Assembly: GCA_016748015.1 (NCBI GenBank)
Contig: JAAOMT010000768.1
Coordinates: 1 to 64,000 of the forward strand
From: Geosiphon pyriformis uo1
Lineage: Eukaryota > Fungi > Glomeromycota
Direction: 5' to 3'
DNA length: 64,000 nt
Shown: positions 25,732-38,404 of the stretch, one piece after another
Numbering within the stretch: position 1 is the stretch's first letter
Layout of the letters: each line of letters opens with the position of its first letter
Program-made: the position numbers and the translations under genes
Notes under the pieces: model-generated
Database searches by the model: none
What the model was told of the DNA's origin: nothing
The model's input: only the letters and a program-made list of their open reading frames with translations

Positions 25732-28520
25732 TAATCTCCTCCTCAAGACTGAGCTTCATTGAAGTTCAAGCACTATTTGTAATGTTAAGATAGTGGTCCA
25801 AGATAGTTGAAGTGATCTGGTTTGAAGATTGTTGAAATTTCAGTTCTGTGAGCTTTCCAATGTATTGAATTTTTATTGGATGAAGTATTGGATTTTGCAG
25901 GACATTTTCACAAGTGTTGAATAAATCATAGAGTTTAAATGCTGCTCTAAGTTTGTAGCAAGTGTTTGTTGGTCCAGCTGCTGTCTTGAATTCATTGTGA
26001 ATTTGTTTTTGTATAGTCTCAGGAGTGATGTTGATTGCTTCAAGTTCCAGTTTTTGTTCATAAAGTGTTTTTTCAATATAAAAATATCTATATATAAGAA
26101 TATGTTTATTGTTCTGTTCATTAAGAAATAGTAGAAGTTTTTGTTAAATTATGGCATTTGGTGGAATATCAATAGGGGCAATATAAAAGTTTTCTTTTAG
26201 TGCTTGCTTCAAAAGTTTTGGTAACTTATTTTCAGATTGATCTTTTGTATTTTTTCTATAAAGATGATAGTTCTGAGAATTATTTACTACTGGGGCTGTA
26301 GTTTTTTTCTGAATGTAACTAATTTGACTTCCATTAATCGTTATAGATAAGTCAGAAAGTGTTTTTAAGGCTAACATTAATTTTTGAGATATTTGTTGAA
26401 TATTTCGGAGAATAATCATGATAGAAATGGTTAACTAATAAAAAAAATAATAAAAAAAATTATTTTTGGATATAGAGTTTTATTTGTTTTTGGGTTTGGG
26501 TATTTGTGTAATTATTTACTATTTTTGTTTTTGTATATTATTAAAAAAATTATTGTAAAATTATGTTGAATTAAGTGTTCAAGTTTGGTTGTTGTTCTAT
26601 TATAATTATTGATTCTAAATTTCAAGAAATATCTTCAGGATTAATTAAAGGGAAATGTGTACCAATTTGTGGAATTAATGGTTCAGAATTGTTTCTGAAA
26701 TGATAATGTTTCAATCTATCTCCATGTGCAACTTTTGCTAGTATTTTGTCATCAAGTCTTAATTTGTATAATCCATTGTCTAGAATTTCGTGGATATAAA
26801 ATGGTCCATTCCATTTATGTTCAAAATTTCTATTCCATTGTTTTTCAGCCTTAGTTTTGTGTAAGAGAACTTTATTTCCAACTTTAAATTTGTTGATAAC
26901 TGGTGGCAGTTTGTTGTCATGCCTTTCTTTTTGTAAAGCTTGAAAATGTTCAATATAAGAGACTGCTATGTATTTTTTTCCTTCCAATGTACTAAGGAGA
27001 GTATAGGCTCTTCTTTAAAGTGTTTCTTGGAAGTTTTCTTCATTGATTGGTTGCACTGGATATGTTTTCACTGTAAAATTAATTGGTAATGTTGCTGTCC
27101 TTCCATAAGTAAGATCAAATAGTGTGTGTTTTATAGTATCTTGTTTTAGTGTTCTATATGCTAGTAATATTAATGAAATAAAGATATCCTATTTCTGCTC
27201 AAAATCTGTTGAGACTTTGGCTAAAGATTCACACAATGTTTTGTTGAAATGTTCTACAAGTCTATTTGTTTGAGAGTAATAAAATGATAATAGAGGTCTT
27301 TTGACATTGAATCGTTCACAAATTTCTTGTATCAGGTTGTTTACAAAATGTGTTCCTTGATTAGATAAAAGTTTAATTGGGCATCTATGTCTACAAATAA
27401 TGTCTTCATAGATGAAATTTGCTATTGATTTTGCATCTGCTCTTTGAATGGCACTAGCTTCAGACCATTTGGTGAGATAATTTACTGCAACTGCAATATA
27501 ACAATTTTCTTGGGTTGTAATAGATAATGGTCCGACTAAATCAATTCCAACTCTGTCAAAAGATTGTCCAACTTTGATTGGATTCAAAGATTTTGTGGGG
27601 CAAGTTCCTTCTTTTCTTTGACAACTATCACAAGATTCTATATATTGTCAAATGTTTTTTTGCATGTAAGACCAAAAATAATGTTCAAGAGTTCTTTGAA
27701 TTGTTTCATATCTTCTCAAGTGTGCTGAAAATGGATCTGTATGCATGTTGTATAGGATTGTTTCTTTTTCATTTCCCTGTACTAATCTAAATAGTTGGTT
27801 TGGGTTTCTATAATTTTTGTAGTAAATTTTGTTGTGGTGTATGAAATATTGTTTAGATTGGTGTTGTAATCAATGTTTTTCTCTTGGAGACCAATTTTCT
27901 GGTATTGTAAGAGTCTCCAAATAGTTTTTAAGATTGTTGTAATTTCTGAGATCTATTGTTGTTTTGTTGTTTTGTTGGTAATAATAAGTTGTAATGAAAT
28001 TGTTGGTGGTGTTAATCTTGTTTCATCCTTAAGAGGCTGTCAACATTGGTGTGTAGTTTTCCTGGTTTGTGGTGTATTATGTATTTGTAGTCTGCTAGAA
28101 AGTCATTCTATTAAGACTGTTTGGCACTTTGTTTAGTTTTTTTTTATTGAGCCATTTGAGGCCAATATTGTCAGTTATGATGTCAAATTCTTTTTCATTT
28201 CTCAGGTATTGTTGAAAATGTTTAAGAGCCTATATGACTGTGGCAGCTTCTAATTCAGTTGAACTATATTTGAGTTCTATAGGTTTGAGTATTCTGCTGA
28301 CATAAACAATAACTTGCTCCTGGCTATTTTCATCCAATTGTAATAGGATGGCACCAAATACTATGTGTAAAGCATCAGTGACTAATTGAAACTATTTGTT
28401 AAAGTCTGGGTAAGTAAGAACTGGAGCTGTTGTCAATTTTGTTTTTAGGGTTTCAAAAGCTTTTTGCTGTTTTTCAGTCCATTGATATAACACGTTTTTG
28501 TTGATAAGATAATTAAGTGG

Positions 28521-29503
28521 TGTTACCAGACGAAATTAGAGATATTATTTAGCATAAAATTATCTTTATAATTCCTATCATTAATTAGCATATATTATTG
28601 TTTCAAATTATCACTTAATATATTAGCAAAATGTCCGAAATTATCATTTAATTGATACCCAATTTGTACATAACACAAATGTAACCAAATTGCAATGATC
28701 AATCATGCAATACCCTGAACTATATAACATTTAAAAAGTTTGCCAAAATTTGTAGAAATTTGCCGAAATAATTGATAGTTTACCAAAATATCTAATAGTT
28801 TGTAGAAATAACTTATAGTTCACCGAAATATATCTTTAGTTCAGCGAAATTGTAGAAAATAGCAAAGTTCAAGTTTATAGAATAGTGTTATGACAAGTTG
28901 TATAAAAGAAGAGCTTTTCTCTTCAAAAAAATGTATCTTACTTTAGATTTATTACTGAGAACCATTTCTACACACACAAAAAGAAATAAATATCAAATAA
29001 TTCAAAAAACCAAATTCTTTAATTATTGCATTTGGAAAATCTTTAAAACCCAACTAACATTTTGAAATTGATTAGCTACCAATTTCAGTAAACTGTTAGT
29101 GACTTCAGGCCTAAATAAAAAACGTTTCCCTTGATAAAAATCCTATTTCTTTTATATTTCTTTTATTTTTCTTTTATTTTCTTATTAGAATCATTAGGGT
29201 AGCCTACAGACAAGATTTTTGTAGAAAAGTTGACTTTCACAGCAAAGTAACTACACATTTTTAGTGAGCTTCCAGACAAGCAATTCCTGGGAAAGAGTTG
29301 ACATTTACTACAATGTAACTACATAAAAACAACTGGCAAGAAATTGGCCATTCCACTTATAAGTCCAGCAGTTCAAATTATAGGAAATAATTTGAAGAAA
29401 TAAATTCAGTTACTGGAGGTTCAACCACACCCAGAAAACGTGAATTTACAGCAAACAGGCATCAACAACATTCAAGAAAAGAGACCAAAAACCTCTGGTA
29501 ACA
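28521..29503 (+). repeat. 5' LTR of element 3
   Basis: Direct repeat of 37423-38404. Confidence 0.95.
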
Positions 29504-29548
29504 TTTGGTACTCTCCCACAGAAATGACACAGTAAAAACAACTTCAAA

Positions 29549-32500
29549 GTGGCAACCACACCAGACACAACAACTCTAGAGTATTACCAGTTAATTTATA
29601 CCCACTGCAAGCAAAGATTCAACATCCCAGACGGAATTGAAGTTATCAAGAAATCAGTATACCAATACATTGAAAACCACATTAACAATTATTTTTTTGG
29701 AAATTACAACATCTCAGAAGTTAGAAGCAACCTTTACAACAATTTAGTGCATTATTCATAGTTGGGAACTGAAAACCTTAACAGTGACACCTTTGCTACC
29801 TATTTTCAAGAACTTAATTTTAACATTATTGAGTATTGTGAAGAAAAATATCCAGTACAGTCTCAATACTCTATTGACTTTGAATCAGAAACAAAAACAA
29901 GCAACAAAGACAAACAAAAATTAAAGCAATACTCAAGAACTAATTCAAACACTCCAATACTACAAAAAACAATTGCCAAACACTTGCAAACACCTGAACA
30001 AGGAACCAGTGTCAAATTACCACTTTCTATTACATCATTTCCAATTTCACTTGTTCAATCACAAACACCAAGCTTACCACTTATTCGGTTTTCAAGAATA
30101 GAAAATTTTTGGTTACCCAAAAGCCCTATTCAACAACAAGAACCACTTCAAACTAGCACTAGTCTTCTTGACTTCTCAACAGAAAATCAAAGTGAACATT
30201 TTGAGACAGCCATTCATGACGAAAACAATTCTGAATCCTCCGAAGAAGAAGAATCAATCCACAGTGAAAGTGAAGAAGACGAAATGACAGCTTATATTGC
30301 AAAAATCCCCGAATTTAATGGAGAAGATATTAAGACCAGTCCCCAAGAATGGCTCAACCAAGTTACTAAAGCTGGAGATGCAAATGGATGAAATGCTGCC
30401 AGAATATTAAGAACAATTCCCTACTTTCTTAAAGGAACAGCAGGCGAATGGTTCGAAAACTTGACCATCCCTTTTAATAACTGGACAGCTTTCAAAACTG
30501 CCTTCTTAGAACAGTTTACCAACAACAACACTTCTATCACTCTTCAGAATCACTTCTAAAATATCAAACAGGAGCCATCTGAATCTGTCATGACTTATAT
30601 TGGAAAATTCAACAAACTTCTCAGATGAATTTGCCAACTTGAAACTAATGATTATTATTCCGATGCTCAAATTTTAGATCAATTTATCACTGGGTTAAAG
30701 GATAAACTAATTAAAAAGATTCGTCTACATGCCCCAGAAGATTTAAACTCTGCCATTCAGCATGCAAAGAGATATGAAATGGCCATGGAAGAAGCCAATC
30801 GGACAAAACTTGTAAACTTAGCCATTGGAGAAACCAGCTCAGCAGCTGAGGAAAAAATTGACCAACTCACAAAAAAAGTCAAAAACTATTTCACCAACCA
30901 ACAACAACAACAATCCTAAAGATATCAACCATCTCAAAGACAAAATCAAAACAACTTCACATTATCTTCTAATAACCAGCCTCAGAATTGCCATTACTGT
31001 GGAATTTCTGGCCACTAGAAAAGAGATTGCAGGAAACTACAAAGAGACCAACAAAACAGAAGCAATTAACATTACTCTTTGCCACAACAGTCTTATTATC
31101 AAACATCACCACCAGCTTACTATCTGCCAAGACCGCAATATCAAACCGACTACTATCAACCTGCTCCACAGCCAATACAACAACAGTATTAACAACCCAT
31201 TCAACATTACCAAGTACCTGCCCGAAGATTGGTTCAACAAAACCAATTTACATCACAAAGCCGATTTGCAATAAACAACAACAGAATCAACCCAAATAAC
31301 CAATTAGTTCCCCGAAATCCAGTTCAGCCAAGACCCACCCATTATCATACTCAGTCTAGCTATTTTAAAATACCTGAAAAACAGGATTTTCACCATACTG
31401 CACTTTCGGAAGGTAGAGCTGCAGCACAACAAAACCCTTCCTATACTCCTACTACAATCCCACCAGCCAAAATTGCTGAAAATGCCAACCTTTCAGATAT
31501 ATTCCCTTTTGAGTTCAAAACAAATGAGTTACCATTCCTGCTTAACAATGCAGCTGCCAACAAACAAAAAACAATCACTGCTATGTACACTGAAGCAGAA
31601 ATCAAAGGAAAGGCAATTTGCTTGATCCTAGATAGTGGATCCACTGGAAGCATCATCACATATCAATTGATGCAGCAGCTAAAGAAAAATGTTGACTGAC
31701 CAGCTCAGACAATTATTGTCACTGCTGATGGCATGAAAAAGACTCCAGTAGGAGAAATTGACAACTTTTCATTCACAATTAACGGAATTACCATTTCAGT
31801 CAAAGTTCTGGTCATGGATGTTCCCCAATACCAAGCTCTCGTCGGAAATGATTGGCTCTAAAAAGCCAATGCTAATCTGAATTGGGAGACACAAGAGTTA
31901 ACAATCTCCTACCAAGGACAACACACCTGGGTACCTGCCACTTGTGGTACATTCAACAAACACTCTGAAAAAGCCCCAGCTTTTGAATTTGAACTGGAAG
32001 AAGAAAAGCCCATCATTGAAACATTTATGGCACTTGAATCAACCTCCAATTGGGCTAATGAAACTGAACAACAGTATTTTTCAACAAACAATCCTCGTGA
32101 AACAAAAGAACCAGTAACACTTGGATGGAATGTCCCCTATGTAAAACCAGAACCACGGAAACAATGCCCTTACATTCCACTCAAATGCAAAAATTGCCAC
32201 AAGAAACTCTCATCGATGGAAGCCTGCATTTCACCTGAAGAAGAATATGAAAATCATACTTGTTATTACTGCAAAACATGTTACAGAGAACAATGGGGTC
32301 ATCTAATAAAAAGAAGTAGAAAATGGAACAACATCCCTTGTTTGACTTGTGGAGATATGCTATCAGAAGAATGCAATTGGATTAATGTAGCAATAAAAGA
32401 AGAAGTCTGCAATCAAACCTGCCAATATGCTTTATCAATTTCAGAAAAAGTCAAAAGAGAAACCTCTTTCGATGCTGCTTACAACAGTGCTCTTAACAAA

Positions 32501-35178
32501 CTGTACTATTACCCTCACAATGCCAAAATGATTTTCGATCTAGCAATAGCTTTAATCAATGGAGCCACTCAAGAAAATGTTCATCAAATAAAAGAATCAG
32601 AATACATTGTATACACTTTTGAAATTGCTGGATACAACTACGAAGATGAAGTAGAAGTATATCACCAAATTGCCAGTCACACTTATCCAACCAAAGAAGC
32701 TCAAGCTTAACAGCTAGAGCAAATGAATGTTAAATTGTGTGAAAAATGCATAATGCCTTGTGATGAGCAATAGTGCCCTGAATGCTATGCTCTTAGCATT
32801 CCCCTACCCAGTGAAAACGATGAAAATGAGATTGAATTTGGAGAACCTGAAGCAACAGAAAAAATTGAGACAACACCCATCTATCTCATCAAAAATTAGC
32901 CTGCCTTACAACTCAAATATTTCAACAACAATGGACAAGGAATAAAACCTGAAAAAGCACATGAAATTAATGCTGGATATGACCTAAGATATCCAGACAA
33001 GGATACTCTTGTTCTTAAACCCAAATCTCTCACAAAAATTAATCTCAAAATTGCCCTCAAAATCCCACCAAGAGCAATAGTTCAAATCACCTCTCAGTCC
33101 TTTCTGGCAAGCAAAAGAATCAATGTCAGAGGAGGAATAATTGATGCTGGATATACTGGAGACATCACAGTAATGCTTCAAAATAAAACTGACAAACCAT
33201 TCAAGATCGAACATGCTGAAAAAATTGCCCAAGCTATTTACCTATCCCTAATCAACATTTTGGGTTTACAGTTAGTCAATCAAAAAGAACAATTGGGAAA
33301 AAGCGAAAGAAGAACACAAGGTTTTGGTTCAACTGGACAATTCACAGTTCCAGTAAACATAGCTCTTAATGAACAAAGTGAATCTTACCAGATTCTATGG
33401 CTTCCACAACCAATTACTATTTCACCCTTTGGAGAACATCTGGAAATCTACACCTGCCCAAAGCCAACAACCACACAATAAATTTTTGAGTCCAATGAGC
33501 AAATCTGCTTGAAACATAATATCTTGATCCCAAACATTTATATTCCAGAAGAAACAAAAAAAGTTCGAGTTACTTTTTACAATCCCAACAATTATCTCAT
33601 AGTTTTATTAAATAACGTAAAAATTGGAGTCATTCACAATAACATCTTTCAACAAGAGTTACCCCAGACAGTTCTCAATTTCTCGGAGATTATTGAACAT
33701 TCACTATCAAAAAACAACCCAAACTCCAGCTCTGAAAACTACCATGTTGTTATGGAAAAACTATCTCGAATCAACATGGGACAACTTGAACCACAACAAC
33801 AGAGCCAGCTCAAAGAGCTAATTGTAGAATTTGCCGATATCTTTGCTGAAAACAACAATGACTTAGGAAGAACTGATTTGGTTCAACACCAAATCTATAC
33901 AGAAGATGCCAAATCAAGACAACAACAAGCCTACTGAGTTGCTCCAAAAAGTCATCAATTTATCTAAGAAGAAGTACAACGGATGCTTAACAATAGGCTT
34001 ATTCAACCATTAATGAGCCCATGGGCCTCACCTGTGGTCTTAGTTAAAAAAAAAATGGAAAGATACAATTTTGTGTTAATTATTAACAACTCAACAGTGT
34101 TACCATTGGAGATGCCTACTCTCTTCTCCAAATTGATGACATGTTGGATGCCCTTGGAAAGTCCAAATACTTTTCAACACTAGATCTAGAAAGTGGATAC
34201 TGACAAGTTGCCATGGATCCCAAAGATCACCCCAAAACAGCTTTCACTACCCAAGAAGGAAATTACGAGTTCAACATAATGCCTTTTGGATTATGCAATG
34301 CACCTGCAACATTTCAAAAACTCATGGATGTTGTATACAAAAGCCTTTTTCAGAAATCAGTAGTTGTCTATCTACATGATATTGATGTTTATTTACCATC
34401 TTTTGAGTTACATTTAATTCACCTGCAAAAAGTTTTTCAATAATTACAGAAAGCAGGATTGAAACTGAACATTGAAAAATGCTACTTTGGAAAAACAAGT
34501 CTGGTCTTTCTTGGTCACATTGTTAGCAAAGATGGAATTAAACCAGACCCTGGAAAAATCAGTACTGTCAAGAACTTCAAGACTCCACAAAATACCACAG
34601 AATTAAGAGGATTTATTGAATTAGCATCCTATTACCAAAAATTTATCAAAGGATTTTCAGAAATTGCAAAGCCTCTCAACCAGCTCACTACTAAAAATGT
34701 CGAATACAAATAGACAGAAAAACACCAAAAAGCTTTTAAAATTCTCAAAGAAAAGTTAACAACAGCTCCAATTCTTGCCTACCCAGACTTCAGTAACCAA
34801 TTTTGATTAGCTACAGACACTTCTTACACTGCCTTTAGTGCCATTTTATCACAATTAGATGACAATGGAAATGAGCGAATAATCATTTATGCTAGCAGAA
34901 CATTAAAACCAGCTGAGAAAAACTACTCTGTCATGAAACTAGAAACAGCAGCCATAATTTGGGCCTTGCATCACTTCAACTTTTACCTCAAACCCAAAGA
35001 ATTCGATATTATCACTGATAATATTGGACTTAAATGGCTTCAAAACAAAAACACTCAACTAAATGCAAAACAAACCTGATGAACAGGATTTCTAGCCAAC
35101 TACCGATACATTATACATCACAAACCAGGAAAACTTCACACCAACGTTGATTGTCTCTCAAGAATGAGGCAAGATTAG
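29549..35178 (+). pseudogene. Element 3 Gag-PR-Zn fingers-dUTPase-RT-RNase H polyprotein
   Basis: ORF fragments 29549-33983 are all in one frame; CHYCGISGH*KRDC, LILDSGSTG, AGYDL/GIIDAGYTG/GFGSTG, PWASPVVLV, MPFGLCNAPATFQ; ends DCLSRMRQD*. Confidence 0.9.
32910..33340 (+). pseudogene. dut: Element 3 dUTPase domain
   Basis: AGYDL, GGIIDAGYTGDI, EKIAQ, RRTQGFGSTG. Confidence 0.9.
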
Positions 35179-35227
35179 AATACAAAACCAACACCCATTT
35201 GAATTGACAGTAATAAAACAACAAACA

Positions 35228-36612
35228 ATAAACCCCAAAAACTACAATAATCTTAAACAATATTTGGAGACATTAACAATCCCAACAGATTGGTCTCCAA
35301 ATGAAAAACATCAATTACAACAACAAGCCAAACAATATTTTTTACACAACAACATTATTTATCATCGAAATTTCAAAAACCCAGACAAATCATTCAGATT
35401 AATACAAGAACAGAAAAAAGAAACTATATTATACAACATGTATGCAGATCCTTCATCAGCATACTTTGGAAAAGACAGCACCACCTAAAGAACACTAGAA
35501 TACTACTTTTGGCCTTGAATAAGAAAAGACATTCACGAATATGTCAAATCTTGTGATAGTTGTCAAAAAAGAGGAGAAACATGTCCTACTGAACCATTAA
35601 ATCCAATCAAAGTTGGACAACCCTTTAACCAAGTTGGTATCAATTTAGTTGGACTACTACCTATTACAAACCAAGAAAACTGTTATATTGCAGTAGCTGT
35701 AGACTATCTCACTAAATGGCCTGAAGCCAGAGCCATTCAATGAGCAGATGCAAAATCAGTAGCAAACTTCATCTACAAAGACATCATTTGTAGACATGGA
35801 TGCCCAATAGAACTTTTATCTGATCAAGGAACACATTTCGTGAACAATTTAATCCAGGAAATTTGTGAATAATTTAATGTCAAGAGACCATTATCTTTGC
35901 CCTACCATCCACAAACAAATGGACTTGTAAAACATTTCAACAGAACATTGTGTGAATCATTAGCCAAAGTCTCAACCGATTTTGATCAAGAATAGGATCT
36001 TTTTATTCCATCAGTGTTACTAGCATATAGAACACTAAAACAAGATACCACAAAACACACACTATTTGATTTAACCTACGGAAGGACAGCAATATTACCA
36101 ATTAGTTTCATAGCAGAAACATATCCAGTACAACCAATTAATAAAGACAACTTTCAGGAAACACTACAACGAAGAGCCTACATGCTGCTTAGCACATTGG
36201 AAGGAAAATGACAAATAGCAGCAACTCACATTAAACACTTCCAAACTCAACAAAAAGAATGGCATGACAACAAATTGCCACCAGTCACCAACAAATTTAA
36301 AGTTGGAAACAAGGTTCTCTTACATAGAACAAAGACTGAAAAACAATGAAATGGAAAATTTGAAAATAAATGAGATGGACCATTCTTTATCCATGAAATC
36401 CTAGACAACGGATCATACAAGCTAAGACTTGATGACAAAATCCTAGCAAAAGTTGCACATGGAGATTGTTTGAAACACTATAATTCCAGAAACAATCCTG
36501 AACCATTAATTCTACAAATTGGTACACATTTCCCTTTAATCAATCTTGAAGATATTCCTCAAAATTTAGAACCAATAATTGTCATTGAACAACCTCTCAA
36601 CTTGAACACTTA
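35228..36612 (+). pseudogene. Element 3 integrase
   Basis: CDSCQ, DYLTKWPEA, SDQGTHF, YHPQTNGL, DGPFFIHEILDNGSYKL. Confidence 0.9.
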
Positions 36613-36734
36613 AATTAAATTTATTATTACAGTTATCTCCTTATAATTTAAAAACAATCTCACAAAAACAAAACAAAAATAACATAAAAACCCATACACC
36701 AAAAATAATTTTCTTTTATTTCAAATCTCTTATA

Positions 36735-37430
36735 ATGACTATTCCTCAAAACATTCAACAATTATCTCAAAAACTAATGTTAGCTTTAAAAACAATGTCC
36801 GAATTATCCATTACTGTTACTAGAAACCACATTAATTATACTCAAACAAAAGTAGTTACAAATTTAGCCCCAAATTTACAAAAATATCACCCATATAAGA
36901 AGAACACAAGAAGTTATTCTGGAATTCACCTGCTAGAACTTTTAAAGCTTGCTTTAAGAGAAAATTTAATGTTCACTCCTATTAATATTCCACCAAATAC
37001 TACTATTCAACAAAAACTTCAACTGTGTCTTAATGAAGTAAACCACGACTATACTCCAATATATAGATATTTCTACATTAGAAAAACACTTCACAAACAA
37101 AAACGGGAGCTTACAGCAGCAAACCTCACAAAAGAAGCTATTCAAAAACAACTCCACAACGAATTCAAAACAACAGCTGGACTTACAAACAGTCACTATA
37201 AACTAAGAGCTGCTCTTAGATTTTATGACCTATTTCACACTTGTGAAAACGTTCTACAAAACCCAATTTTACAATCTTTGAAAATTTGATACATTGGAAA
37301 GCTCACAGAACTGAAATTTCAACAATTTTTAGACCAAATTTCTTTAATAATTTTGGATTATTATCTAGAAATGATAGACAGTACTTGGACTTCAATGGAG
37401 CTCAGTCTTAAGGAGGAGGTTATGTTACCA
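36735..37430 (+). pseudogene. Element 3 ORF3 (best-preserved copy)
   Basis: 184-aa open stretch continuing past one TGA into YIGKLTELKFQQFL up to the PPT. Confidence 0.75.
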
Positions 37431-38404
37431 GACGAAATTAGAGATATTATTTAGCATGAAATTATCTTTATAATTCTTATCATTAATTAGCATATATTAT
37501 CGTTTCAAATTATTACTTAGTATATTAGCAAAATGTCCGAAATTATCATTTAATTGATACCCAATTTGTACATAACACAAATGTAACCAAATTGTAATAA
37601 TCAATCATGCAATACCCCGAACTATGTAACATTCAAAAAGTTTGCTGAAATTTGTAAAAATTTGCCGAAATAATTGATAGTTCACCAAAATATCTAATAG
37701 TTTGCAGAAATAACTTGTAGTTCGCCGAAATGTATCTTTAGTTCAGCGAAATTGTAGAAAATAGCAAAGTTCAAGTTTATAAAATAGTGTTATGACAAGT
37801 TGTATAAAAGAAGAGCTTCTCTCTTCAAGAAAATGTATCTTACTTTAGATTTATCACTTAGAACTATTTCTACACACACAAAAAGAAATAAATATCAAAT
37901 AATTTGAAAAACCAAATTCTTTAATTATTACACTTAAAAAATCCCCAAAACCCAACTAATGTTTTGAAATTGATTAGCTACCAATTTCAATAAACTGTTA
38001 GTGACTCCAGGCCTGGATAGAAAACGTTTCTCTTGACAGAATTCTATTTCTTTTATATTTTTTTTATTTTTCTTTTTTTTTCTTATTACAATTATTAGGG
38101 TAGCCTACAGACGAAATTCCTGTAAAAGAGTTGACTTTCATAGCAAAGTAACTATACATTTTTAGTGAGCTTTCAGACGAGCAATTCCTGGGAAAGAGTT
38201 GACATTTACTATAATGTAACTACATAAAAGCAACTGACAAGAAATTGGCCATTCCACTTATAAGCCCAGCAGTTCAAATTATAGAAAATAATTTAAAGAG
38301 ATAAATTCAGTTACTGGAGGTTCAATCACACCCAAAAAACGTGAATTTACAGCAAACAGGCATCAACAACATTCAAGAAAAGAGACCAAAAACCTCTAGT
38401 AACA
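37423..38404 (+). repeat. 3' LTR of element 3
   Basis: Direct repeat of 28521-29503. Confidence 0.95.

Larger units (their letters stand above)
28521..38404 (+). mobile_element. Gypsy element 3 (family C, sister of B), full length, nested in the RT of element 2
   Basis: LTRs 28521-29503 and 37423-38404 with ~10-bp terminal IR; TSD GTGG/GTGA restores the host SEIAKPLN; PBS TGGTACTCTC at 29506; PPT AAGGAGGAGG. Confidence 0.96.

Noticed and set aside
36735-37430. ORF3 as a retroviral envelope gene
   Set aside because: No signal peptide, transmembrane helix, furin site or Cys pattern; too short
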